A stretch of 55,702 nt of DNA, filler included, from Sluysia triapertura (GCA_046118255.1; 4 parts of 4 records of this genome joined end to end with filler, not necessarily neighbours in it), one strand, 5' to 3'; positions 1 through 13,600 are shown, numbered from the whole stretch's first letter. The notes: generated by a model from the sequence alone, not told the origin. Program-made: numbers and translations.

Positions 1-2307
1 GTTACATCACGACATTAATGGATAATTTGGTTGAAATATCTAATAAGCAGATTTCAGTCGAAGATAATGAAAATGATTTTATATTTATCATTTAGCTTTG
101 CATGAAGGAACTGGTGTATTCAAACCGTCCGATAATCATGAATTACCTTATTATTCTGTAATTAAATTAGTTTTTGTTGAAGTAATTCAGATTCGGAAAC
201 ATAAGTCAAATATTGCTAAATTATTTCAAAATAATGATGATTCTCTTAGTTATAAACTTTTAAATTGTTACAAAGAATGTTTAAGAATAAGTTGTTTTGA
301 TTTTGTAGAAGAAAACCCTTTAATCATGACATTGCATGCAGATGTATAACAAAGATATTTAAGTCTATCGTCACATTTCAAAAACGTGCTGAGTTATTCA
401 TTAACGTACGTGGTATTCGATATTTAAGAAGACTATCTCTTATGTGTTCAGTAAATTACGATCCAGAAATTTGGTTAGAATTATATCATTGGAATATTCA
501 TAATCATAATTACTTAACTGAGACCAAGGTAAAAGACAAACTAAGGTGGAAACTACTCAAGAGTTACTAAAGGTAATTGAGAAATATTTAATTGACAACG
601 TAATTGGATATGATATCAGTAACAAATACTCGGCAATTGTAAATTTTTCTTTTATCCTAAATTTTTGTAAATTATATCATTTTTTTTATTTAGAAGATCC
701 TTCTGAAGCAAAGCTGATTGAAATACAAAGGCAAATACAGTGGCAATTTTTACAATTTTTAGTTTAATATCAAATAAAATTTTTGTAAATATTCACATTT
801 TGTTTATTTATTTAAATAACACTTCAATAAATAAATTTCTTAATGTACCTAAATGTTTAATCTTTATAGAATATGGCTTTACCAATTTTAATAAAAGTTG
901 CATGTTACTTACCTTTAGATTTAAAAGACCTTTTTATAGACTGAGAATAACTCCGACAATTTATGGACAGACAATCAAATCTAGCTAAGATAAATTCTGT
1001 AAACTTAAATTCTGTAACTTAACCCTAACAAATTGGTGTCAATACGTTAAGATAACATTATTAAGTTCAAACTTTACCTTACTAAATTGTTGCCAGGAAT
1101 TAAAAATAACTGTATTAAATTATCAACCAACGCCACACCTATATTACAGGAGAACCTATTTTATTAAAACATTTTGCTTAGTAGATTGAAGAAAAGTTAC
1201 AGCAATATCAATCGAAGTTAGTTAATACTAATGGAGTAAATTTTTTGAACTCGGCAACCTGAACAACGGACAATGTAATAAAAAAATTTTTCAAGTATGC
1301 ATTATTGTTAACATTCAGGATATCCATGTTATTACTCAATTTATCATTGTTTTTATTCTTCTGTTATCTCTAGGGTAATTCAGACCCAAAATTTTGATAT
1401 AATTAATCGCGCTAATCCAATAAACACAACTTTAAAGTTTAAGAATAAAGTGTTTATAATCAATAAAATTGGCAAAGTCGGTATATTCGTGTTGAAACTG
1501 GAGCCGAAAATTTTCGCTTGTACTTTCACAAAGGATCACACAACCTCATACAACAATTAAAATAAAATATACTCATAAAGTCGTATAGAATGAAGTTTAT
1601 AAACACTGTAAATCAGCCGTGATTGAGCTTTTAATTGCTGAAATGTCAATACATCATAGATTATCTAAAATTACCACTTAGGGAACAACGATATATCAAA
1701 AAAATAAAACTTAAAATTATTTTCACATGCAAGATTTTTTGTATCGAACACCTTCTGTTGATCTCTTTCCCTTTAATATTTTTTATATTGAATGGTTAAT
1801 CAAACCCTACATAACAAAATTAACCAGCAGTAGAAAGCAAAACAATTATTATTATATAATCATTCAATATTCCCATAATTATTTGGTATTTCAATAAAAA
1901 ATTGATTTTTTGGCTTTATTTTAATATACATGCATAGTATATTGGAATTTTAGATAATTGACAACAATATGCATTAGAATGTTTGAATATTCTAATTTTA
2001 TGTAGATAAAGTGGATTTATAATAAATTTATTGTGTAATTGTTTCGATAATTTTTTTGTATAATAAGTAACGAAAATAATCGATTACTATTAGAAATAAT
2101 ATTTCTTACATAACAAAGATGGTAGTATACAAATGAATTAATGCGAGGTTATTTTTATAACAAATCATTAATGTTTCGATGAAGTATTTTCGTGTATTTT
2201 TTCAAGTGTATTTATAAATTTAGGTATTTTAAATTATTATACTGATCATAACAGTAAGTAAGTCATTTTATTAATTATTATGAAAAAATAAACATGTAAA
2301 TAGGTGG

Positions 2308-2308
<1 letters not shown>

Positions 2309-2356
<48 letters not shown>
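2309..2356. repeat. (ATA)n microsatellite
   Basis: Perfect trinucleotide run. Confidence 0.95.
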
Positions 2357-2357
<1 letters not shown>

Positions 2358-4059
2358 GTATAACTTATAACTTGTAATATGGCAAAAATCCACGTTCTTT
2401 TAAATTTACACAAATAAAGCGAAGATCTTGATATAAAGACACCAATTTGATAAATTGTTTGATAACTACACAATAAATATTAATAACATTAACATTTTAA
2501 ACAAAATTAAATTTTTCCATTTAATAACTTCATAATATAATTTACAAAATGACTAAAATTAATCATGTTATCACCTACTAAAACCGAACAATAAAAGTTA
2601 GAGAAAATTTACCAGAGTTCAAAAGTGAATTTTAAAATAAGTGTAAAATTGTATCAAATACAAAAGTTGACAAAATAAAAAAATTAAATATGTTTTCAGA
2701 AAAAAACAAATTGAAAATTAAATATAATATTATTATTATTTGTAGTTATAAATAAAAAATTATAATTTTATTATAATTATAATTATAAGGAAAATTAAAA
2801 TAAAAGTAAATTCATAAATAAAATTTCTTAAACAATTTTTATAATTTAATTGTATTATTTATCGTCTGTGAACACAAGAAACATATTGAGTCTTATAAAA
2901 TAACATTTTCCATGTGTGTTATTTTACTTTAAAGATATATCTCTAAACAAGAACATGTGTTCCAAGTTCATTCTAATAAAAAAACAAGAATTTTCCGTAA
3001 CTTCAAAAAAATTCGTAAATCGTCTTTCCAAATCATCTATTGATATTGCATTGACAGTACAACATTTAGTTATTGATTAATTACTATGTTCAGTAAACGG
3101 CACACTATTAGCGAGGTATTTTTTGTATCATTAAAAGAATTCTCTTAAACAATAATATAGTTCAAATAAGCATAATGAGTCGACTATTCCTAAAAATGAG
3201 ATTTTACTTTTAACACACATACGAGACGTAAAAATTAAGTCATTATTATTATGTACAAAATATTTAATCAATCATACTAATGGAAAATTAATATTTCCGG
3301 TATTATTCACAAGTTTATATTGATGACAAGACGATTATAAGTTTTGTACCACGTTTACTAGATTAGTTATCTAAAGTAAGCACTTTACAATGCGTTACCT
3401 ACCGCCAAACTTAAGTAGCTCAAAACTTTAGTAACCACTGCAATATAGGTTTTAAGAAATCTATTGGTTGACAGATTTGTTCAAAAAAACAATGAATAAT
3501 TCCATCGTTTGTCACGTATGCTTATTTCCAAAAGTAAATGTTTAGATCTAGTAAATTCACCGAATTTCTAAATCTCTTACAGATAGAAAACATAAGTAGA
3601 TTGATGTAATTGAGTAGTGATAGAACCTTAGTTCATCTTATACTCCAACATAAACAAGAACTGTTATACTCAAGTGTGCTTGTGTAAATCGATGTGTTAT
3701 ATAAGAAAATTTCTAAGTATAATGAAATGGTATGTGTTTACTGGGAAGAGATATGAAGATTGGAATATGTTGATTGTGTGGAATGTGTCATAATCTTCCT
3801 TATTTTACTCGAAAAAGTAATTCTAAGTAGAAATGTCATTTAAGCATAAATGTGTTCTACTTCTAAAATTTATTTTCCATAAATTACCTTGTTCTCTTAA
3901 AAGACCTTTAAAAATGTATTGTTAATGCGCAATAAAATTTTGTAAAACTTTATATTAATTATTTTCCTTCAAAAAATATTTTATTATTAAATTTATTTTA
4001 ATTTTGTTTTAAAATGAATTTATTAAATCAAAAAATTACAAAAATATATCAAAGTTAGA

Positions 4060-4440
4060 AAGGCATCATGAAGCAATGGAATATGCGAAATTCATAATAA
4101 TAGATCTGATGCTGAAAGAAATTCTGGCATTCCGAGTCAACCGTTCGATTATGAAAGAACCAAAGGTAACATCATTAAAAAAGCTAATCCTAAATAGAAC
4201 TACAGTATAAAGGAGTCTGAACTCGAAACCATATTAAAAGAATAGATTTTGGAATTTCTGAAGCGAGAATTAGTTTACAAGCAAAATTTACAGTTGAAAT
4301 CCTGAGTTTGAATGATTTTAAAGGATATTCATATCGAGTTATAATTTTTATGAGGAAAAAGTTATAATTAAGAGCTTCGACATCTATGGCCAACATTTAC
4401 CAAGTGATTGGAAAATCAAATGTTAATAAATTTAGTGCAA
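4060..4440 (+). mobile_element. Decayed pogo/Tigger-family transposase, CENP-B HTH region
   Basis: Broken frames give ELETILKE*ILEF, LSLNDFKGYSYRVIIFMRK and LRASTSMA..HLPSDWK, compared with pogo FKAS.GW..RFM.R..LS.R.RT..AQKLP.D. Confidence 0.6.
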
Positions 4441-6419
4441 ATAAAGAATAAATAATTTAAAATCTGCCAAGTTATATCATCGATAATTAACACAGATTTA
4501 ATCCTTATTAAATTCAATATTAATGAACCTCGCACAGCAAAGTTCTTTGATTTTTCAATATTTTTCAATATATATATTCTTTATAAAACTATAATTGAAA
4601 ATTAATTCAATTAATGTTTTTGTGTGTAAGTATAATTTATACCTTCAATTTGTGTAATGTCAAATGTCAAAATTACGCCTTTTCATAATATATTAAAAAC
4701 CTAATTATTTGTTGCAACATTAAGATATTTTTATTTAAATCTGTTCTATAATTTTTCGTTAATTTTTACTTAGCATATTTTTCTGATATTATATATTTGA
4801 GTAAAATCTTATTACATTTAGAAATTAGTCTTTATGTAATAGAATAGTACATTGATTTTGATGTCATGAAAAAAATTTAGTTAAATCAAGTGTATTTTAC
4901 TAAATTTGAAAGTCTCATTTATGTTAAAATTTTTGAAATGCAACTAATATCATTGTGACTTATAAAGGAAAAGGTAATGTTCTTTATTCTTATAATATCC
5001 TTGGTATGAATTAAAATAAAATTTTATAGTTTCGTGACAGAATTTTGTTTATACCTGAGTTTACAACGCATGATTTAATTCAAAATTGGTACTCTCTTCT
5101 TTTCGCTGGTTTCAAAACAATTATATGTCGACAACAACCTATGAGTTAGTTTCGAGATGCTGTTATTTATAGTTCGAAACAACTATTCTGCAGAATGATG
5201 TTGAGGGTATAGTTAGCAAACAGTGGATTTAGTGAATCAATGCGATCATACTTTTACTGAGTCGGTACTAGATTCACTCATTAATTTAATACAAGTTCCC
5301 GAAAAATTCAAAGAATCTTTGAAACAACAAAATAGTCGAGAACATTTGAACTATATCGTAATTCTCCACAAGCATTCATTTTTACATGACAATTATACAT
5401 TTTATTTTATTAATTTCATTTTTTGTGCATCATTGTTCTTAGACGATAGGTCCTTTAAAATGTCTAAATTAGAGCCCTCGGTTTTCAAATTATTCAAAGG
5501 CTTTACGCCTCTTTTAAAGTTCGTAACAATGCTCAAAGGCTTTAAGCTAGTTTATAAGTTGATAGTTGATAAACTTCCATAAGCCTATGTTAATAGTTTG
5601 CAAGTGTATCATTGCTTTAATAATTGTAATACATTAGATTTAAAAATAAATGCCTTATCCATGCTACTAACATTACGATACTAATATGTCTAATAATAAA
5701 ATATTTCTACCATTTAACACTAGAAGTCTTTCTCAATCTTTAGATGCTTGAAATATTAAAAATTTTAAAGACAATTACAAAAATTTCCTTATGGAATGAA
5801 TAACAAGTGTGTTCAATAAAATAAAAAAAATAACAGAAGTTAGTTCTCAAATCATAAAGTTATAAATGATTTTCATTTTGAAGAAGAAACAAAAAAATTA
5901 AAGACGATGTTGGATTGCAGATCAACTTTATGATTATACTTGATAATATTTAATAACATTTAGTTTCATGACATTTTGGATATTTTGTATATTATTTTGT
6001 AAATAACTATTTTATTTATTTTGACTTTGATATCTTAAAAATTTATTTTTTGAATTTTGATATTTTAAATATTTATTATTTTGAAAATATATCTCAATAT
6101 TATTAGTATTATAAAATAAATATTATTTTTATAAATAAAAAAATAAAATAAAATAGTAATATTTTTAAAAAGGAATCTAAAATTTGTTTAATAAAGAAAA
6201 ACAACAATTTAAATTTGTTTAAATAAATTATTTTTGTAAATGAATGTCAATATGGCGGATGTTACTATAAAAATAAACAATATTTGGAACTAAAATGAAA
6301 GAGGATTTATTCAAAACTTGGTTTTGATCAAAGATAATTTAAATTTACAGCTCTTCCATTTCCATGAATAAGTAATTTTTATTTAATAAGATGAAATTAC
6401 ACTAATTTTAATATAATAG

Positions 6420-6700
6420 AGTCTTCTAAAATCGGCTTAAAATCACTTCATTGATCCTAGGCCGTAACTGGCTTGGTTAACTTTCAACTAAATTTTGAGC
6501 TTTAGTATACCTAAGCATTAAGCTTAAGGCTTTAAAATAATAATTATTATTATATATTCCGTTTTTATTTTATTTGTGTACGTTTTCATCTGTTAATAGT
6601 AAATATTGAAATAATACTAACATTATTATTAATTTAGTTAAATAAAATTTTTGTTAATTTGATCAGACCGTAAAAATGCTGACTTAAATTATAAATATAA
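6420..6700 (+). repeat. Dispersed repeat family B head
   Basis: TAAAATCGGCTTAAAAT..CTAGGCCGTAA matches the reverse complement of ~53235-53280; CAGACCGTAAAAATGCTG then TATAAATA as at 21604-21638. Confidence 0.65.
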
Positions 6701-6792
6701 AAGCAGTGATAATAGAATATAGTGAGAATAGAGTATGCTCGAATTCTTTATAGCAATTCAAACACTCGGAAGCATTCATCTGAGGAGAATTA

Positions 6793-7495
6793 TGTGGTGG
6801 CCAACCTTTCACCTTTAATAAATTTTTTTTAATTATTTTTTCCTTTCAACCAAAATCATATCCTTTTAATATTTTCACCCGTCAAAATCAATTAAACCCA
6901 CAATTTCATAACACCAAACCACTATTACATTCAAAACCATTCAATTACATTAAAAAATTCATCTAAAATATTTTATTTTCATTTCCTATTAATCCAATCA
7001 CAAGCACAGTAGAAATCAGCTAACAGACATCTTCAAAGCAATCTAAACATTGTAAATTCACGATTTTCTATCATCCTAACAATTCTATTCATAACCTTAC
7101 AATATCAAAATTACATTTTTTAACATTGCACAACAACCTTTTTAGGATATATTAAAACTGTACTATATTTTATTCATTTCTGATCCACTAAAATCAATTT
7201 CCATATCTCAAAACATCTTTAATCTACAATCTTGTAACATTCAAACCACTATGAAACGTCAAATGAAACATTTTATGTATGATATTATAACATTAAATTC
7301 ACAATTACATCGTTAAACTTTATTTCAAATCTGTGACATTAATTCGTGACGTCATAAATTCACAATATCCTAACATTTAATCTCTCAGGCAATTGAACAC
7401 ATTAAGTTCAACAATTTAAAATGTTAAGAAACAAAAGAAACAATAGAAAGATCATGTTAAATTCAAAAACAAAGAAATTTATGTTTTTGTTTCCT
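6793..7495 (+). repeat. Dispersed repeat family A, copy 1 (~700 bp, solo-LTR-like)
   Basis: Starts TGTGGTGGCCAAC; shares CAATTAAACCCACAAT, AATTACATTAAAAATTCAT, TTCAAAGCAATC and AAAGATCATGTT blocks in order with 48719-49422; strongly G-poor + strand. Confidence 0.8.
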
Positions 7496-7547
7496 AATGT
7501 AAAAATATTAAAAAGATAAAAAATTTAAAAAAGTAAATGTTTATAAA

Positions 7548-7971
7548 ATGGCTACAAAAAATCCATATGGAATGGTTCCTTTTTCGACAGCAAAAACTGG
7601 ATATTTATCTGAAAGTTTAGTCGAAAGTATTGTTAGACAATGTGCACTTAGTACCAAAACTGAATCTAATATGCTTTCGATTAAATCATCTCAAGACCAA
7701 GTATCAAATGATCAATTACATCTATTGTATGTGAATGTGTCAAGTAGTAGTACTGTTAAATCAACGAGGACCGTTTTATGGCCTTATATTACGGAATTAA
7801 TTGTTCGATGGAAATACACAGATGCAGTTTATTATCTCCATTAACAATATTTTAGCATGTGATGCGCAGTCCAATTCAACAGATAATGAAGCTGGTGATA
7901 AAGACGGAATAACTGATTATGATGGTTTTGTTAACATTCCTTTTCAAATTAGCAAAGATGGTAACTTTCAG
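7548..7971 (+). pseudogene. Unknown gene fragment, first-exon-like, with one +1 frame break
   Basis: AAAATGG start; two overlapping ORFs with protein-like composition; plausible donor CAG|GTGATT at 7972. No family recognised. Confidence 0.35.
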
Positions 7972-8518
7972 GTGATTTTGTTTACCCATTTTATATTTGA
8001 TAAGTTTTCTTTTAAATCTTTTAGTAGTATCAAGAGTTCTCTGTCGAAATATGCTCGGAATAATCAAACTTATAATGTAAAATTAAACAATCAAATTGTT
8101 TAAAAATTATGTTTTTAGAGTTAATACTTTTCGTGATTTGTGTTTCAAATTAAATTTATTTGAATGTAAACTACTATTTCCAACATTAAAAAATATTTTA
8201 ACATGTAAATTAAGTCACATAAGGATTCTCACTAACGGAAGTAATTTTGTTGTAAATTTAAGATTAAGCTATGACGAAAAATTTTCATTAACCCCAAATA
8301 ACTTTTTATTAGTATTTAATTTGTAATTTTAACACTTTATCGCGATAGTTAATATCAATTTGGAATATTTAACTTTTATTATGATAATTATAATATTTCA
8401 TAGTAAACATTTGAATATTGATGGTTAATATTATCGATGATATTAACATACTGTTATCACCATTTCGCACAATCACGATGAATTAAAATAACGACAGCAT
8501 AAGTAACTTTAATAAAAC

Positions 8519-8600
8519 AAAATTGTTAGAAGGGCTGACAGAACAATTATCAGAGAATCAAATTGAGGTGAGAGCCCTGGTTCGAATCCTGGCACAAAAT
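8519..8600 (+). mobile_element. Decayed tRNA-derived (SINE-like) head related to the 45.1-45.3 kb elements
   Basis: Leader AAATTGTTAGA followed by GGGCTGA, as in the palindrome copies; intact B box GGTTCGAATCC at 8579-8589; A box decayed. Confidence 0.45.
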
Positions 8601-9056
8601 AGTTGTACTAGATAAGTAGAATTTTTAGATCTGCAGTTTATCCACCATTAGAAGCAAAAGCCTAAAAAAGTCGTGAGAATATTTGATTGAAAAACGATAC
8701 GTTGTTTAAAATGTATGCGTCTTCAAATTTTGCAAAATAGTCAGCGGTGTACATAAAGTTATCGAAAAATTGCTGGCGCATAAGTGTCAAATATAAATAT
8801 AATTAAATATATGAATTACATTTTCATTGTATTGCCAATGATTATTGATTAATTCCTTCTGTAAAGTATTTACACTTGATATATTTATTTTATCTAAACA
8901 CATATTTCCGGTAACTTATATTAATTTATTTTAATAAACATCTATTCCTCTGCTCCTATCCGAGTAACGACCATTTATAATTCTTTATTTATTGATTGCC
9001 ATAATAAATTCAATGAAATATTTACGATTATAAACGACGACTATAATTAGTCACAC

Positions 9057-10074
9057 TCATATTTGATTGTACACTCCACAACAACATAACATGTTTCTTC
9101 TATTGAATCGCATGGAGATTATCGGCGTTTTTTTAGTATACAGAACATCAATTATGCCTTCTAGAGCATGAGATCTTTTACCAGCACCACATGATGGATT
9201 CGAGGAGCTTGAGTCCACTTCCCCAATACTCGCACCAGCGGTTCCTATAGAACCTTCGCTACTTTGCATGTTCAACTTCAATATCTTGGTTAAATTCCAA
9301 ATATCTACTTGTCCAGCTTGTCGACCAACCGCCAGTACCGCGCCGTCTCTACACAAAGTCAAAGAATTTATTGGTCCCCCTGTCAGATCCAATCCGCCTG
9401 TAATGTGTAAAGTATCGACGAGAGGACCCGGAACGCCAGATTCACCGGTTGTATTAGCAGCATTTATTGTCGAAGATGACCTACTCAAATCCCAAATCAG
9501 AACAGACCCACAATCTCCCCCTGAGAGTAGAAACCTCCCATCTTCACTGAACTGAAGACTGTTCACCATACCCTGGAAGGAAAAACAAAAGCCAAAGCTC
9601 AATATTTTATTCAAATCTATACAACTTACTTTGTGGCCTGTAAATGATCGAACTTGAGTACCAGATCTAACATCATACAATCGAACTACTCGATCTGCCG
9701 ACCCACTGGCGATATAATTACAGTTGTTATGGAAGCGAACACAATTGACAGGCCCATAACAATCACCGACAAATTTTCGGAGAGGTCGAATACAGTCAGT
9801 AGAATACAAATTTACAGATCTGTCGTGACCCCCAGTAATGATATAATGACCATATATGGGAGCGATATCGACACACCAAAGGGGCGGAAAACCTGAAGCA
9901 CCAGTTGTTATAGATGTACCCCCGTCATTGTATTTACATAAGCACGACCAAGTTAATGTGCTCCACAGTCGTACAGTGCCATCGAATGAAGCCGATGCCA
10001 TCAGTGAATTATCTGTACTCCAGGCCAGTCCAAATACACCTTGAGAGTGACCGTGCAACTCTTTTACATTGACC
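9057..10074 (-). CDS. TAF5: TFIID subunit TAF5, last two coding exons (WD40 propeller): 10074-9630 and 9572-9057, separated by a 57-nt in-frame intron 9629-9573
   Basis: WD repeats match TAF5 in order: GHSQGVFGLAWS..ASFDGTVRLWS; TGGHDRSVNLYSTDCIRPLRKF; VRFHNNCNYIASGSADRVVRLYD..RSFTGHK|GMVNSLQFSEDGRFLLSGG; C-terminal LYTKKTPIISMRFNRRN. The 19-aa insert VSCIDLNKILSFGFCFSFQ is bounded by GTAAGT...TTCCAG. Acceptor TTTCAG ends at 10075. Confidence 0.88.
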
Positions 10075-10772
10075 CTGAAATTATCAATTTGATTGGATAA
10101 CATTGAGCGTGGAGTTAAAATCGGAAGGTAGAGCATCGAATTCGCAGCGAGGGCCCGGATTCGATTATATGGGGGCTATTTTACTCCAATCCATACTGAT
10201 TTTTGGACATTTGCGCAAAATAAATTGTTCAGCTTTTATCTTATGATAATTCTCAAACACCCTCTTTCTAACGGTTCTCACAACCATCATTTATTCGAAA
10301 AATCCGAGTTTTGTCGGTTCCCGCAGAACTTATTAACAAAGTTTCATGCAAAAAATGTGTTAAAAGATCCAATTTCTTTTATGAGTTAATTTTTTCCTAT
10401 AATAGTGGCTCGGCCATACATAATTTATTTTGTGGTTGCATTAGTTTGCATTAGTTTTCCCTTTCAATTCTATTTTACTAAAATCATATTTTTCAATTTC
10501 TACTGTTTATGTTTTATCGACAATATTTATTTCTTAATTAAGTGCATTATTTCCTTCTTAATTTCGACTTTTTGTTGCTTCTTTTGAATTCCAGTTTAAA
10601 GTTTGGTATTCGATGACAATTTGATGAGGAAAATGTGCTTTTACGATAAAAAGCTATTTATTAAGAATATTTTTAAAAATCATTTGGCGACTAACACAAG
10701 TTAATTATTTTGTTTCCTCCCTATTTAAGTGTATAATATAATCAGATAAAAATTATTTTACAATATCATTAC

Positions 10773-11254
10773 CCGGTCGAGAAAAACATGTTTTTGTTCT
10801 GCGATGCTGGAGCTAATACAGAGCTGAGATTGGTTCCATCTCCAGTACCGGCCACTCCAACTACGCTATTGCCCCCTCCGAAGGTGTTAGTGGAATTTGT
10901 AACCATCAATTGATTCAGATCGTCACTAGACTTGAGCATCGAGAATCCTGTTTCGTTAAGACATCGCACGTAGATCCCACCGCTACTCAGACCCGCTGCC
11001 AACTTGCTACAATCTTCATTGAAAGCAGCTGTATTGCACTGGCTAGCCATGTTACCAAGTGTGTACATGACACTATTCAGTGGAATACCGTCACGAAGCA
11101 GTCGTTGTTTATCGATAGTATTTCCTTCCACAGGAATTACAGTATCATTGCGACCCAAGTCTTCATTAAACAACCGACGTTTGCGACGTAATTGAGGCAT
11201 CGAATTGATTTCATCGTAGATCTGGCGGAGCTGCTGCTTATGATCGCTGCTTAA
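10773..11254 (-). CDS. TAF5: TAF5 internal exon (first WD repeat region); further upstream exons not seen before the linker at 13088
   Basis: PLNSVMYTLGNMASQCNTAAFNEDCSKLAAGLSSGGIYVR resembles TAF5 PSICFYTF.N..LT..D..DSSL.AGGF.DS.VRVW. Acceptor CCTTAG ends at 11255, donor GG|GTAATG at 10772; phase 2 matches the downstream acceptor (GG+G = Gly). Confidence 0.78.
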
Positions 11255-13087
11255 CTAAGGATGGTATGTTATTAAGTAATTTAATGTGACTAATATTCAT
11301 GACACTAAAGAAAAATTGCACGTGTTTACTTGGCGCATTTATAACTTAAATAATATACAATTATTTACTTTTAACTATAGTAGTTGAAACTGTGTATGTA
11401 TTTGTCTTAAGAAGACCTTGACCGAGTTAATGCAAGGAAAGCCTTAATATTGAGCAGTGAAATTTTAATTAATTTTTAATTATTGAATTTTTTTATACTT
11501 AGAATAATGAAAAGATAACAAAGGGAATATAAGATTATTGCTATGAAAGAGGAGGATCTAGAACTGAGTTTGAAATATCTGTAGAGCGGTTTGTTTAAGA
11601 ATAAGAACCTTAAACATTTTTCATTAAAAATTCGGTGTAAAAAGCTGAAATTCAATTGAATTCAAAAAACTAAAATTAAATTTATGACTTTACTGTGGTA
11701 AGTAATTTAAGTAAAAAATAGATCGAGTAGAGTAGAAGAAAATAATAGATCACCATAAATCAATTTTTGTATTATGTATCTAATAGTTTCACAGGCCGTA
11801 CTATGTTACTGTCAAAATTGTGGGTTTAATTCTTTAAGATTGTTGTGATGATTTGTGTGAGAATATTTTACTGAAAAACTCAATAATTGGATGATAATGT
11901 ATGAAAGAGAATACTTGAAACCCCAATAAGTAACACGACGTTAATGCTTCTGATATGTTGATAAAACATGTATGGGGCAAAATTTTATTGTTATTTGTTT
12001 TATTGTTAATTAAAAATAGTTTTAGAAGAAGCTCTTTATTTATTTATAAAATTTACAGTTATTTTGAAGCTTCTGTTTGTTAATTAATTGAAGATTAAAC
12101 TTGATTTGTAGCAAATATCTTTTGTGTAGAAGAGATTAACTAGTAAATTGTTTTTTCTTTGCTTTATATTGAGGCCACAGATTAATTTAATTATTGAAAT
12201 TATTTAATTATTAAAACAACGAATTTTACAGTATTTTTCGGTTAGCTCCCTCTTCATTTATAAATGTTTATTTGGGAAGTCCACTTTTTATTTATTTGTT
12301 TAATTTGAATTTGTTTTTTGGAATTTTTTAGTTTAAAAGAATAATTTGATTTTTCTGTTGCGTCACCCTAGGTTCACTGATTAAATTAATGTGTTGTTAA
12401 CATTATTATAATAACTAGTTGTTAATTATCTAGTATTAATTTATATTGATAAGAGTTTATAGATGTTTAACTGTTCTGAATATTAATTTATTGTTAATTG
12501 CAAGATATATTGAATTTGCTCATTTTAGTTGTGTAATGATATCTAAATTGTACTGAATAAGTTTTGATTTATAAAGTTTGGAATTTAAGGTTAATAAAGT
12601 ATAAATTTTATTAGACTCTCTAAAACATATAAGCTCTCTGTATAAATTGTACATTCTAAAAGCATACGTTTTGGTTTCCAAATTTTTTACTATTTCCAAG
12701 AAATATTCACGACTTGCAAAAGTTAAGCACTTATAAATTATTGTCGTGATTTTGAATTCTACTCTTGATTTTATTGGTAACCAGTGTTATTCTTTAAGAT
12801 TAGATGTTCCATGAGTTTCTTTTTACTTCCTGATTGATTCATTATTAATTGTAATTTTTCACTTTCCTATATGAAATTAAGTACAATAAACTATTGTTAA
12901 AATCTTTGTTGTTAGATATCATTGAATGAACAATTAGTTTAGCTGTTTCTTTATTAATAAATTTTTGAATATTTAATATTTTATTTAATTAATATTTACA
13001 CTTTTTAACAATACATTTAATATTTTTTCCGTGTTCATTTTCGAGTCCATATAGCAACTTTTCGTACTTTTAATGCGTCATAAACAT

Positions 13088-13187
13088 NNNNNNNNNNNNN
13101 NNNNNNNNNNNNNNNNNNNNNNNNNNNNNNNTTAATTAATTAANNNNNNNNNNNNNNNNNNNNNNNNNNNNNNNNNNNNNNNNNNNN
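13088..13187. other. Artificial assembly linker N44-TTAATTAATTAA-N44
   Basis: Exactly 100 nt; central 12-mer has stops in all six frames. Confidence 0.98.
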
Positions 13188-13299
13188 ATTTTCTAGAAAA
13201 CTTAGTGATACGTCTCCAAGTTTGGTATAAAGCGTATACACTAAGCGAACTGACCCTACAGATAATTTGTTAAGGTTAAGGAAAAATCTATCATTAATA

Positions 13300-13600
13300 A
13301 AATATATATAAAATTGATGCTTATAAAGATATTAGTTCAAATGTGAACGTATGGTTGGCGCACAAGATTCCTATGATAAGATTATCAAGTAGCTACAATA
13401 ATTGGAAACAGTCATCAAACTATTTGGAAATATACTGAATGCTTAGTTTGGCTTCCTTTATCAAAACTAAGACTCAATTGTGTTAACATAATTAATTTGG
13501 AAATTCTGCTATATTCGAGTTATAAAACAGTTATCGCATCACCAGATTACTATCTGGTTCGATGTGCAAAAAACTTTATTTGAAACTTAATAATGTATCA
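13300..13600 (+). mobile_element. Possible mariner transposase remnant
   Basis: ASPDYYLVRC at 13536-13565 resembles mariner APSDYHLFRS; little else is recognisable. Confidence 0.3.

Noticed and set aside
98-988. Short + strand ORFs at the window start (also 5223-5582 and 26910-27275)
   Set aside because: Coding-like but fragmented, with no recognisable family or consistent splice model.
1016-1029. TAACCCTAAC telomere-like motif
   Set aside because: Fewer than two units; expected by chance.
2246-2473. Poly-Leu ORF (also the poly-Ile ORF at 28758-28964)
   Set aside because: Translation of (AAT)n/(ATT)n microsatellites.
9268-11195. Several + strand ORFs antisense to TAF5
   Set aside because: Shadow ORFs of GC-richer coding sequence; no motifs.
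13132-13143. Palindromic TTAATTAATTAA found three times between N runs
   Set aside because: Artificial six-frame-stop linker, not biological.
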